From positions 123,938,001 through 124,002,000 of the forward strand of contig NC_043001.1 in the NCBI RefSeq assembly GCF_006345805.1: a DNA stretch of 64,000 nt. Reading direction: 5' to 3'. Positions 26,055-38,439 of this stretch are shown here, piece by piece; the first letter of the stretch is position 1; each line of letters begins with the position of its first letter. Source of the stretch: Octopus sinensis (taxonomy: Eukaryota). The translations under genes and the position numbers were made by a program. The notes beneath the pieces were generated by a model. It was given only the letters and a program-made list of their open reading frames with translations. It had not been told where the DNA came from and ran no database searches.

Positions 26055-26559
26055 ACGACAGATAATAAAGTACAAAGATACCCGAAACTATGCGCACGTA
26101 GACACAAGAATCACGAGCACTCCCGCACATATATAAATATGTACGATAGATGAGACTAGGAGTTAACGTCATTGGCACTTCCGAGAGTATAATACTTTCC
26201 ACCGTTGCCGTGTACTATTTATATTGCCACGAACTTTCCAGGTGTTTTGGTTCATGTCGAAACATACTTGTTTCATCTGTCAGTCATGCAGATACCCCAT
26301 TGTAACCGGATGCAGCTAATATTCTTTTTTCAATATTTGATGAGGATTTGTTCTTTGCTGTCAGGTTTGTTCGTTACTTCACATGCATCATCTATTTCCA
26401 AAGTAGAGCAGTCTCTGCTTACGTCGCCTGTTCATGAATCACTACTCCTCGCTCCTTTTTATATCCAATGCATACGTGAGTGTGCTACAAGAATACAGTA
26501 TTTTTCTCTACTGGAAACTCTGTACGCTATCACCCTCGAGACGTCATGCATGAATCGCC

Positions 26560-28352
26560 GACGCTTCCATGTTTTAGGTACTTCCATTTGCCTCCTGATG
26601 GCTATACAGGGTCAACACCTAAAATGAAAAACATTTCAAACACTTATGCAAATTGATCAACTATCAATAGACAAGATACCTACCTCTATAGAATTGACAG
26701 AAGGATACAGACTGTATGTAGTGGTGGAGTATAGGTGGCCACGCTGCTATCTGTGCGGCAGCGAAGCGCATTTGAAAAAGAAATGTCCAACTGCTGCACA
26801 ACAACAAGAGTCACAACAACAACAACAACAATCACCATCACAATCAAAACACTCTGATAAAAAAAGGGTTACTACCCACACCACCATCTACACAGGAGAC
26901 GACAAAAGAAGCGTACCAACCAAAACGATCAACAATCGAAAATAAAATAACACCTGAAAAATACCACCACCAACAACAGCAAGAGCTAAAGGTACAGGAA
27001 ACCAAAAGAAGATACTAAATCTAATTCCCCCTCCCCTATTTCACATACACCTCACCACACAAACAATCAACAACCAGCATCAACGGAAACAACAGCATAA
27101 CCACTTACACAAACACACATAAAAGCTTATAATATGGCCTTACCCCACTTCCGATTGCAAAGAAATTTCGTCGGAAGACGAAAACACTGAGGAATGGCAA
27201 ATAACCAGAAAAGGAAGCAGGAAGTGGAGCAAAAAGAAGAACAAAAGTAAACACTAAGAAAGCAGGGAGATACACAACTCCCGAAGACATTTCGAACACT
27301 ACCACAAACAACGCTAACACCAACACCACGAAAGCGATGCTCACAGCCATAAACACTAAAAACACAGAGTTGATTTAATACATCAACTCAAAGACAAACC
27401 GAACAGAATATGACATCAAACAAGCAACCACCCACACACAACACCACCAGAACACATCAAAAGTTTGCACGTCACACCGACCTCGCACCACACACTAAAA
27501 TCGTCAAGTTTGGATGGTCTGCCCTACGAGCTTTAAAGTTGTATGCCAGACTTGTTTGGAGAGGTCTTGGCAGCAGTTACTGCAACAAAACGGGAGCATA
27601 CTCAGTTTTGTGGGCCGAGGAGCCGTAACGCTGCTGAAGAAAGATCCAAAAAAGGGGAAGGTAATAGGTAACTTTAGGCCCATCAATTTGCTCAATGTAG
27701 ATTTGAAAATTTAGGCTAAGGTGTTAGCCAAGAGGTTGGCGTTTGTCATCGAAAAACTGGTCGACAAGGCCCAAACGTGCTCCGTGCCGGGTCGGAGCAT
27801 CCATGACAACCTACACCTGATGTGCAACATCATAGACAGGGTAGTTAAAGAACTTGGCATTAGTGGGGCCCTGATCAATTTGGATCACTCCAAATTTTCA
27901 ATAGGGTAGATCATCGATAGTTTCAGGCTGTCCTCATAGCAGCCGGTTTCGGTCCCGTCTTTCGCGGCTGGATAGCTGCCTTGTACCGAGGCATCCTTTC
28001 GGTAATTCGCGTGAATGGGCATCTACCGAGACGTTTCGACATTACACGTTCGGTCCGTCAGGGATGCCTCTCTCGTCGCTTCTGTACCTGTTGAATCTCA
28101 ATCCACTACTGCGAAAGCTGGCGATACTGAGGGACATCCTGTGAGAATTGGTGTGCGGGACGAGCGTGTCTGTGTACGCAGACGACCTCACCGTCATAGT
28201 GTCTACCACGAGCACATCGAGCTGGGTGGCGGGGCACTACAAGGCTACGAAGCGGTTACGGAAGCAAAAAGTCAAACGAGAAAAGTCAGTGCGCTTGCGG
28301 CTCGGCACCTGGAAAAGTAAGCCCATGCCGCCCAGAAGCACCGTCAAACACC
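26560..28352 (+). mobile_element. Tx1/L1-clade LINE remnant: ORF1 zinc knuckle plus partial RT, APE domain not seen
   Basis: ORF1: CYLCGSEAHLKKKCP (CX2CX4HX4C). RT: LDGLPYE, NFRPINLLNVDLKI*AKVLAKRL, GRSIHDNL, SVRQGC, YADDLTV. Confidence 0.85.
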
Positions 28353-28359
28353 ATTAATT

Positions 28360-28950
28360 AATTTTCTCATTATATCAATTGTCACCGGCTTACCGGCTTC
28401 TTGTTATACTATCTTCGAACATGTTTTCCGCAGACCAGCAGAACCTAACGTGATTAAGACAAAAGTCACTGCCAACGTAGCATAAACGTGAAGCCACATC
28501 AATATTATAGACATTCTGACATTCCTTCAGTTCAGTATAAATGTGACGGCATTCAGCTGCGATATTTCCAGTGACCAGTATCGATTTTTGTGCCTCGGCT
28601 TTGATTACCAGTTCCACTGTGACGCATGCACACACGATTGTATAGTATGTTCTTAATGTTGATTGTTACACAACAGGATAACGCGTTTATATGAAGCAGC
28701 GTTTCATGCAGGTTGTGTGTCTGGATCTCTGAGCATTCAGTAGACATTTTCAGACTCCACCTGTTGTTATACCACACCGAGTGTTGTTTGCTTTCCTTGG
28801 CATGCCACTTTAACCGTTGGATACTTCCCTCGGAGCCAATGAAATTCAGTGTTGTATACATAAGAACAGCTCTTTGTTCTTTGTCGAAGATAGTGTAGGA
28901 GACGCCAATCAGTTGACCGGGCAAAATCCCATTCATTATATATAAACACG
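28360..28950 (-). mobile_element. Possible mariner-like transposase N-terminal remnant
   Basis: Weak similarity only (EQRAV; WSAE..ED..R.GKPVT-like). No TIR found. Confidence 0.25.
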
Positions 28951-29059
28951 TGCACACAGACACAAACTATATGTTCATACACACATACGTTTTTAGCACA
29001 CATTTCTTGATAGATAAGTATATGGATACATAAAAAGATATAAATGTTCACATATGGAT

Positions 29060-29289
29060 TAGCTATATACACACGCACGCACACACATACACACACATAT
29101 ATATATGTATATATATATATATATGTATATGCATATATATATATATATGTGTGTATATGTATACGTATGTATACATATTTACATATACATATATACATGT
29201 ATGTATATATATATAAATATGTATATATATATATATGTATATATGTATATATATATATATACATATATATATGTATATATATACATATA

Positions 29290-29330
<41 letters not shown>

Positions 29331-29500
29331 GCATATATACATATATACATATTTATATATATATATACATATACATATATAAATATCTGTATAGAGGTAT
29401 ATATGTATCTATAATATATATCTATGCATATATATTGGTATGCATATATATATGTATATGGAGAGAGAGAGAGAGAGAGAAAGAAAGAGAGAAAGAGAGA
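29060..29500. repeat. Degenerate (AT)n/(ATGT)n array with (AG)n
   Basis: Direct reading. Confidence 0.95.
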
Positions 29501-30589
29501 GAGAAGCCGTACAAAATTACTAGTCCTAGAATGTGTATATGTGTGTTCTTGTGTTTGGTCCGTCAATGAAACTGCCTGTTTATTTCCTGGAGAATCTTCA
29601 TTTTATCTATTTCATTTCAAGCTTCCCCCTGAATGAACAGAGAAATAATTCTATATGCCCCAAATCCATATGCTTCTTCTCTTTCTCTTTTTCTTTCTGT
29701 TTCTTTGTGGTATTGATGTACTTTGTTTCCTTGAAATCATCTCTGTATCCACTCCTAAATTTCAGCATCATTGAACTCTGACATGAACAGTTAAAGAGGA
29801 AACTTATATCCGTTTGGATACTTTCACTTTCATAAAGTATTTGTCCATGTGACAGCTTGTCAATACAATTCCTTCATATTGAATTCGGTATGGCCCATTG
29901 CTTGCGGCTGAATTCCTCTAAGATCCTTTTATCTTAAAGGCGGCATTATTGCTTTTGGCTAAAAGTAGTTTCAGCAATTTTGCTAGTTGAAAGTAATATA
30001 ATATCATAAGACGAAATTTCAAAGCGTGCTTGACTAATACGTAAAGAGCTTGAGATTACAGAAGCCAAACTTCAATTCTATTCTTCAGTACGTTCGTTTA
30101 TGTTACTCCTTTTCTCACCACATCACCACATCCATGACAAACACTACAGCCTATCACAGCAACTATAACAACAATAACCTTACTAACAATAACGATAACG
30201 GCGGTATGAAGTAAACAACAAAACAATAATGTTATTAAACAAGAAATAAAAATCTGACGGTTGATGTTTTCAAGCTTAAAAGAGCTAAAACTAAATCAAT
30301 ATGGTGCTTTTGGGAGAAAAAAAAAAGATGCGATTTATTCTTTCAATGCTGGAAAGCTGGAAAATAGAACGAAATTAAATCATAGGGAAAAAAATGAAAT
30401 AATGTAAAAAGATCACACTGCATCTTCTCCATGATAATTTAGTTTTCAAGGAAAATATGCATACGCCGAGTGGCTTCAGTCGATTTAAATACATCGATGA
30501 TAAAAGAAGATAACTTTGCTTGACAAATCTTTCAGTGCGTACGTTCCCAGGTATACATAATACGAGACAAATGTTTAAAAGATATATGT

Positions 30590-30970
30590 ATACGTATGTA
30601 TGTATGTATGTATGTATGTATGTATGTATGTATGTATGTATGTATGTATGTATGTATGTATGTATATATGTATGTATGTATGTTTTTATGTATGTATATG
30701 TATGTGTATGTATGTGTGTGTATGTATTGTCTGTATATGTTTGTGTGTATGTGTGTATGGATGCATGTATGTGTGTATGCATCTATGTGTGTGTATGTGT
30801 ATGTATATATGTATGTATATGTATGTAAGTGCATGTATGTGTATATATGTTTGTGCGTATGTACGTATGTATATGTGTGCGTATGTATGTATGTATGTAT
30901 GTGTATGTGTATGTATTTTTGTCTGTATGTATCTATGCATGTATGTGTATGTGTATGTATATCTATATGT
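30590..30970. repeat. (ATGT)n/(GT)n array
   Basis: Direct reading. Confidence 0.95.
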
Positions 30971-31649
30971 ATAGAAAGATGCATGCAATCCGAGTAGCAG
31001 AATACAAAGAGAAACATAAAAAGCAACCACTAGTATGGACTTCGGCATTTCCTTACCATTTTATTTGCCTGTTTTATACTTTTTGTTTTATTTCTTTTTC
31101 CTTAGACTCATAATTGCTTTTACGCATGCAGACGTACCAAAAACCAATTATGCTTCTTGTGCTATCACTTTCTAAAAGAATCACTGCATCGCAGTTCGTA
31201 ATGTGCATTTTCTCCATCTCTGCCTCCTCCTTCTCTCACTTTCTCTTTTTCCCTTCCTCTCTGTTCCTATACAATATCACTGTCCAAGAGTAAAACTCTA
31301 TCGACATAAGTCACGAGATATTTTTCTTTATAACAAAACATCAACTAAGACAAGGGAAGATTATTAATGAAGCCTTAACCGATATTAAACCATTTAAAGC
31401 AGATAGATATTTAAGTTAGGTAATTCATCGATTTCCAGATATGACAAATGAACAATCTATTCAACCACTGTACTACAACTTTTTCTGTGTCCATATTCGT
31501 GGGTCTTAAGGAGCGGAAGGCAACTCATTACTCATAGTTCATTTTTTTTTCTTTCACTGCATTCTCAAAGAAGGTGAGCAATCAACCGTTGCATCTTTGT
31601 CAGGGCCGAGATACCTTAGTTCATGTGTGGTTTTCTGCTGCTGCTGCTG

Positions 31650-31719
<70 letters not shown>

Positions 31720-31721
<2 letters not shown>

Positions 31722-31971
31722 AACCCCAAAGAATCCCCCCCAACACATGGCTATGATGCTCCCTCACTATTTCTGCTCGTGATCAGAGATGCACATATTG
31801 TCAGCCACTAAGGGACATGCTCAACTTGTTATGGTCAAACAACTGTGGTATTGACAGAATATTTGCTGTAGCCCATCTTTTATACCAAGACAAAACAACG
31901 TACATGATAACACGTCCAATCAGTTAAGATCAGAAGCCATGACAGCCACTGCCTGATAATACATCAGGGCA
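31720..31971 (-). mobile_element. TAA-associated element, 5' half
   Basis: Minus strand begins TGCCCTGATG right after (TAA)n and ends at a (TAG)n array. Confidence 0.85.
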
Positions 31972-32018
<47 letters not shown>

Positions 32019-32041
32019 TATTATTATTATTATTATTATTA

Positions 32042-32510
32042 TTAAGTGACAGAGCAGTGCATGCCATCAAAGTGACACTGGGGTAGAAATATACGAAGCC
32101 CAATATACCCATCATGACTACCCGTCTGATAAGGGTACACCAGGCACATGCATCACAACCATATGTGCGCGACATGGTGATCTCATATCACGATAAACAG
32201 CACATGACCTTGCAGGTGGGGCCCAGTTAGTATTTTCTTCAGGTTGAGTAGCCCATCCCGCTCAATAGGTCCCTGAATAAGGGTTGTTTAAGGATGTTGA
32301 AAGAACCACCCATGTTTCCAGAGGTGAATTATTCAAACCCCAAAGAATCCCTCTCAACACATGGCTATGATGCTCCCCCACTACTTCTGCTCGTGATCAG
32401 AGATGCACATATCGTCAGTCATTAAGGGACATGCTCAACTGGTTAAGGTCAAACAACTGACAAGCAAATCTGTGGTATTGAGCAGAATATTTGCTGTAGC
32501 CCATCTTTTA
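32042..32510 (-). mobile_element. TAA-associated element, 5'-truncated
   Basis: Reverse complement of about 35130-35598, bounded by (TTA)n on both sides. Confidence 0.9.
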
Positions 32511-32642
32511 TTATTATTATTATTATATTATTATTATATTATTATTATTATATTATATTATTATTATTATTATTATCATTATTATTATTATTATTATCAT
32601 TGTTGTTGTTCTTTTGTTGTTGTTGTTGTTTTGTTATTGTTG

Positions 32643-32829
<187 letters not shown>

Positions 32830-32844
32830 TTATTATTATTTAAT

Positions 32845-33057
32845 GTGGTGAACTGGCATAATCGTTAGCACGTCTGGTAAAGTACTTAACGGCATTTCGT
32901 CCGCCGTTACAATATTTTTTCAAATTCTTCCGAGACCGACGTCGCCTTCTCATCCTTTCGGGGTCGACAAAATAAATACATATTGAGAACCGGGGTCGAT
33001 GTACTCGACTAGTAAACTTGCCCAAAATTTCAGCCCTTTTGGTGAAATTCTGAAAAA
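32845..33057 (+). mobile_element. SINE family A
   Basis: ggtgaactggcataatcgttagcacg...ggggtcgatgtactcgact...cccaaaatttcagccc. Confidence 0.8.
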
Positions 33058-34250
33058 TTTCTGATGCAGTCATCACTGCCAATGTTATCCGCGTGTATTT
33101 GAAGATGCCACAATGAGTATTATTCCTTAATGGATGTCTCAATTCTTGTGAAACTTTATCTGTAGGTATACATCTGAGTGACTCAGCTCTGCGAAATGGG
33201 CATTGCGTTTCACCTTGATGAAATGATCGTTAACTAGTGGCAATGGATACTGATGTTTGTCCAATGTGTCATTTAGACTGGTGGGTTAAATGACACAGTA
33301 CGCACTTTACCGTTTAAACTTTTGCCGACTACGATTGGTGTCGCCTGCGTAAAGTACTTTATGAATTGAAAGACTCGATGCTTCAGTTCAGGCTCAATGG
33401 TTGGCAGAGCGGCGTGTAGCACACGTCTTTTTGGTTTGAAAAGAAGTCTGGCATCTGGATACAAATGAAGAATTGCCTTGTTTATAGTAGAGAACCTGGG
33501 GCTATTTCTGATTGCAATATCATATTTCTTCTGAAGATTAATGCATTCGCTCAATTTCATATCTGGTTTGACAAAGATAGAAGATAGTCTGTGTCACGAC
33601 CATAACGACCAGCAGCTTCTATATAAAATACAATTCACCAAGTGGCCACTGCTGTCTTCTTGAAGCCTTCTTAACCACTGATGTTGTTGGTTTGTGCATG
33701 GATGAACCGATAGCCTTCAAGATATGAGTTGATACAATTGTGTTCCCTGGTGCTGTATCATATATGCTGAGTTTTTCCCGTTCAATTTAAATTTCTCATG
33801 TTTTTGTTGTGATTGGAAATGATCGCCAACTGTGACAAATACCGCATTAAGGCGAAGAATTGATTGTCTCCGGCTACTGCTCAATCTGTCGCTTTGTGTG
33901 CCGTTCAGCTTACTTGCTCGATACTGGTTTTCCATGTGTTCAGTTCGTTTGTAAACTGAGCACTTTTAGCTTTTGTAAGGACAATATCTAACATAATGAC
34001 GTTCACCTGAATGACAGCAGACCGATGGTGGTTTGTTTCCTGAGCTCCTACTAGAGACGGAGTTTACCGGGAAGACGATATTAAAGGTGGGCGCTCTAAC
34101 ATCGCTGTGTCGTGTTTGAGGTGTTGGCAATCATGTGTGATTATTTGCAGTGTCATGCTTGCAGGTTCTCCTGTTTTATTCACTAATCTAATTCGCATGT
34201 AACTTTCAGTATGTGTCTATAATATGCAAATAACAAATGAGGCATTTGAA
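33058..34250 (-). mobile_element. Ty3/gypsy LTR retrotransposon gag-pol remnant
   Basis: Minus: CCHSGERHYVRYCP (knuckle), PDARLLFKPKR..IEPEL, ATPIVVGKSLNGKVR, LNDTLDKHQYPLP, DVYLQI, NTHCGIFKYTRI..ASEIFQ (gypsy RT domains 1-4). Confidence 0.75.
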
Positions 34251-34955
34251 TTATTTATCATTGCTTCCGTAGAAAAGCTATTTTCCGAACTCTGTGGGTT
34301 TGGAATAGAATGGTAGTTTAATAGGAAGATGTGCAAAATTTCGCCCTCGTCCTTTCACTCTCTCACTTTGTAACAGATAGCCAACAATGAGATTAAAATG
34401 CCAGGTTACAAATTATATTTTTAAACCTCATGTTAGAGCCAACTCCGTTCTGTTTAATGACATTTTGACGGTGCTGTTATCAATGTTGTTCTACATTCAT
34501 ACTGTTCGTCTTTGCATCTGATGTATAAATATTTTATGAACAACTTTCATATTATTTAATTGCCTCGTTCACTTGTCTGTCAATTTGAGACGTTGTTTCA
34601 TCTGAAGAATTATAAGCAATTGCCGACGAGAGAGGATTTTAAGCAACAGTTAGACCACCCAGACAGACTAGTTAAATGTCAACTAAAAGAAAGAAGACAC
34701 TGATAATATAATCGTATATGCAATGTCTCGTACATGGTTGTCACAGTGGGAATGCTATTGATATTAGGTCTGCTAGCTTAGTGCAACATCACAAATCCAC
34801 AGACTTCCCGTGTTCTACATTCTCTTTCATTCACTCAGTTTGCAGACCAACATCATATTTTCGCCTTCATGGTTTTAGAACAGTAATTATCATTAGGAAT
34901 CGTCTACTGTAAAATAATCATCATCAACGGTGTTGTCCACTATGTAATAAAGAAT

Positions 34956-35013
<58 letters not shown>

Positions 35014-35040
35014 TAATAATAATAATAATAATATTAATTG

Positions 35041-35596
35041 TGTCCTGATGCAGTACCAGACAGTGGCTCTCATGGCTTCTGATCCTAACTGATTGGAAGT
35101 GTTATTATGTACATTGTTTTTGTCTTGGTATAAAAGATGGGCTACAGCAAATATTCTGCTCAATACCACAGATTTGCTTGCTAGTTGTTTTACCTTAACC
35201 AGTTGAGCATGTCCCTTAGTGGCTGACGATATGTGCATCTCTGATCACGAGCAGAAATAGTGGGGGAGCATCATAGCCATGTGTTGAGAGGGATTCTTTG
35301 GAGTTTGAATATTTTACCTCTGGAAACATGGGTGGTTCTTTCAACATCCTTAAACAACCCTTATTCAGGGACCTTTTGAGCGGGATGGGCTACTCAACCT
35401 GAAGAAAATTCTAACTGGGCCCCACCTGCAAGGTCATGTGCTGTTTATCTTGATATGAGATCACCATGTCGCGCACATATGGTTGTGATGCATGTGCCTG
35501 GTGTACCCTTATCAAACGGATAGTCATGATGGGTATATTGGGCTTCGTATATTTTACCCCAGTGTCACTTTGATGGCATGCACTGCTCTCTCACTC

Positions 35597-35598
<2 letters not shown>
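35041..35598 (+). mobile_element. TAA-associated element, full length (558 bp)
   Basis: (TAA)n..TGTCCTGATGCAGTACCAGACAGTGG...GCACTGCTCTCTCACTCAA-(TAA)n. Confidence 0.9.
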
Positions 35599-35635
<37 letters not shown>

Positions 35636-35647
35636 TATAATAATAAA

Positions 35648-35682
<35 letters not shown>

Positions 35683-35764
35683 TAATAATAATAATAATAA
35701 TTAATAATGAAATAATAAATAAAATATAATAATAATAATAATAATAAGAAATAATAATAATAAA

Positions 35765-36217
35765 TGCCCTGTGCAGTACCGCAGTGGCTCTCATGGTTCT
35801 GATCTTAACTGATTAGAAGTGTTATCATGTACATTGTTTTTGTCTTGGTATAAAAGATGGCTACAGCAAATATTCTGCTCAATACCACAGATTTGCTTGT
35901 CAGTTATTGACCATAACCAGTTGAGCATGTCCCTTAGTTGGCTGACGATATGTGGCATCTCTGATCACGAGCAGAAGTAGTGGGGGAGCATCTTTTGAGC
36001 GGGATGGGTTACTCAACCTGAAGAAAATTCTAACTGGGCTCCACCTGCAAGGTCATGTGCTGTTTATCTTGATATGAGATCACCATGTCGCGCACATATG
36101 GTTGTGATGCATGTGCCTGGTGTATCCTTATCAGACGGGTAGTCATGATGGGTATACTGGGCCTCGTATATTTTACCCCAGTGTCACTTTGATGGCATGC
36201 TCTGCTCACTCACTCAA
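35765..36217 (+). mobile_element. TAA-associated element with an about 105-bp internal deletion
   Basis: Same termini; junction ggagcatc|ttttgagcggg. Confidence 0.9.
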
Positions 36218-36245
36218 TAATAATAATAATGAAATAATAATAATG

Positions 36246-37610
36246 AAATGAACTGACCAAAATAGATAGGAAATCAAGAAAAATAATGACAGGATCTAAG
36301 ATGCATCACCCAAAATCTGACATAGAAAGACTATATATACAACGTATAGAAGGTGGTAGAGGACTTATACAGCTGGAAAACTACTATAAAATAACCACCA
36401 TAGGACTGCAAAAATACCTACTTCAGAAGGAAGGAAAACTGATCCAGATAGCAGCAACAAAACACGAGCAAACAAAAAACTGTTCTCAGTATTTAAGGAA
36501 GCTGACAAATACAAACAAGAAATCATACCACCTAATAAATATAGAAGAAGAAGAAGAGAAGAAGAAGAGAAGAAGAAGAGAAGAAGAAGAAGAAGAAGAA
36601 GAAGAAGAAGAAGAGAAGAAGAAGAAGAAGAAGAAGAAGAAGAAAACAAAAACAAAAGCTATAAAACAAATGAAATCCAAACTAAAAATAGAACAATGAA
36701 CCATGATAAAACGATGGCAAGAAAAGCCCCTTCATGGTAAATACTGGACTAAACTAAACGCAAAAGAAATAGACAAAGAAAAATCCCAGCAATGGTTGAG
36801 AAGCTCAGGACTCAAAGCTGAGACAGAGGGATTTTTAATTGCAGCACAAGACCAAAGCCTCCCCACCAGAAATTACCAAAAACATGTAATGAAAAGAAAT
36901 ATAACAAGTAACTGCAGAATATGTGGAGATGGACAAGAAACAATAATGATTCTTTATTTGGACAAGAAACAATAAATCATATTATCTCTGGCTGCCCAGT
37001 CCTGGCTAAGAAGGAATATATTCACAGACATGACAGAGTTGGAACCTACATACACTGGAAGCTATGCCAACATTATGGAATAACAACAGAAAAAAGATGG
37101 TATAGGCACACACCAGAAAAGGTCACAGAAAACGAGAAAGCAACCATACTCTGGGATATGCCGATACACATAGATAGAGAAATTAAGGCCAACAGACCAG
37201 ATATAGTTGTCAGAGATCATGAAGACAACAAATGCTTTCTAATTGATGTATCAATACATGAAGATGACAACGTGTCTCTAAAAGAAATGGAGAAAATTTC
37301 AAAATACAAAGACCTGGAAATAGAGGTAACCAGAATGTGGAATCTAAAAACTGAAACAATTCCTAGCATAGTAGGTGCATTAGGTATGATAAAAAAATAT
37401 TCAGACAAATACACAACAAAAGCACCAGGACTTACAAACACATATAACATACAGAAAATTGCACTACTAGGCACTGCACACATCCTACGCAGAACACTTT
37501 CCATACAATAACCATCAGAGCATCACAACAAATCACAGCACATACCTAAGACACACAGAGCTGCGCTCGGTAGTGAAGTGAAAGCACGCTATAAAAATAA
37601 AACTACTGAA
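36246..37610 (+). mobile_element. R4/Dong-type RLE retrotransposon, subfamily F1, 5'-truncated, young
   Basis: NELTKIDRK..HPKSDIERLY..GGRGL, KPLHGKY, ETEGFLIAAQDQ, CRICG..ETINHIISGC (CCHC), RHD, RPDIVV..LIDVSI..EKISKYKDL (RLE), LLGTAHILRRTL*. One in-frame stop near 36697 and a frameshifting insertion near 36947; ends aaaactactgaa(TAA)n. Confidence 0.92.
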
Positions 37611-37644
37611 TAATAATAATAATAATAATAATATAATAATAATA

Positions 37645-37676
<32 letters not shown>

Positions 37677-37702
37677 TGATGATGATGATGATGACGATGA
37701 TC

Positions 37703-37797
<95 letters not shown>

Positions 37798-37800
37798 CAA

Positions 37801-38345
37801 TGCCCTGATGCAGTACCAGACAGTGGCTCTCATAGCTTCTGATCTTAACTGATTGGAAGTGTTATCATGTACATTGTTTTGTCTTGGTATAAAAGATGGG
37901 CTACAGCAAATATTCTGCTCAATACCACAGATTTGCTTGTCAGTTGTTTGACTTTAACCAGTTGAGCATGTCCATTAGTGGCTGACGATATGTGCATCTC
38001 TGATCACGTGCAGAAGTAGCGGGGAGCATCTTAGCCATGTGTTGACAGGGGTTTTGGGGGTTGAATAATTCACCTCTGGAAACATGGCTGTTTTGTTCAA
38101 CATCCTTAAACAACCCTTATTCAGGGACCGTTTGAGCGGGATGGGTTACTCGACCAGAAGAAAATTCTAAGAAGGGACCACCTGCAAAAGTTATGCGCTG
38201 TTTATCTTGATATGAGATCACCATGTCGCGCACATATGGTTGTGATGCATCTGCCCTTATCAGACGGGTAGTCATGATGGGTATACTGGGCTTCGTATAT
38301 TTCTACCCCAGTGTCACTTTGATGGCATGCACTGCTCTCTCACTC

Positions 38346-38347
<2 letters not shown>
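37801..38347 (+). mobile_element. TAA-associated element, near full length (547 bp)
   Basis: (TAA)n..TGCCCTGATG...CACTCAA-(TAA)n. Confidence 0.9.
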
Positions 38348-38398
<51 letters not shown>

Positions 38399-38439
38399 TA
38401 ATAATAAATAATAGCAGCCATATATCTTTTGCTTTAAAA

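Noticed and set aside
28015-28320. 101-aa GC-richer ORF
   Set aside because: Alternative frame of the decayed Tx1/L1 RT.
35041-35598. HDV-like ribozyme or Pol III boxes in the 550-bp element
   Set aside because: Only a partial complement (GCCCTGA versus TCAGGGA) and a local hairpin were visible; no full nested pseudoknot or A/B boxes could be assigned by eye.
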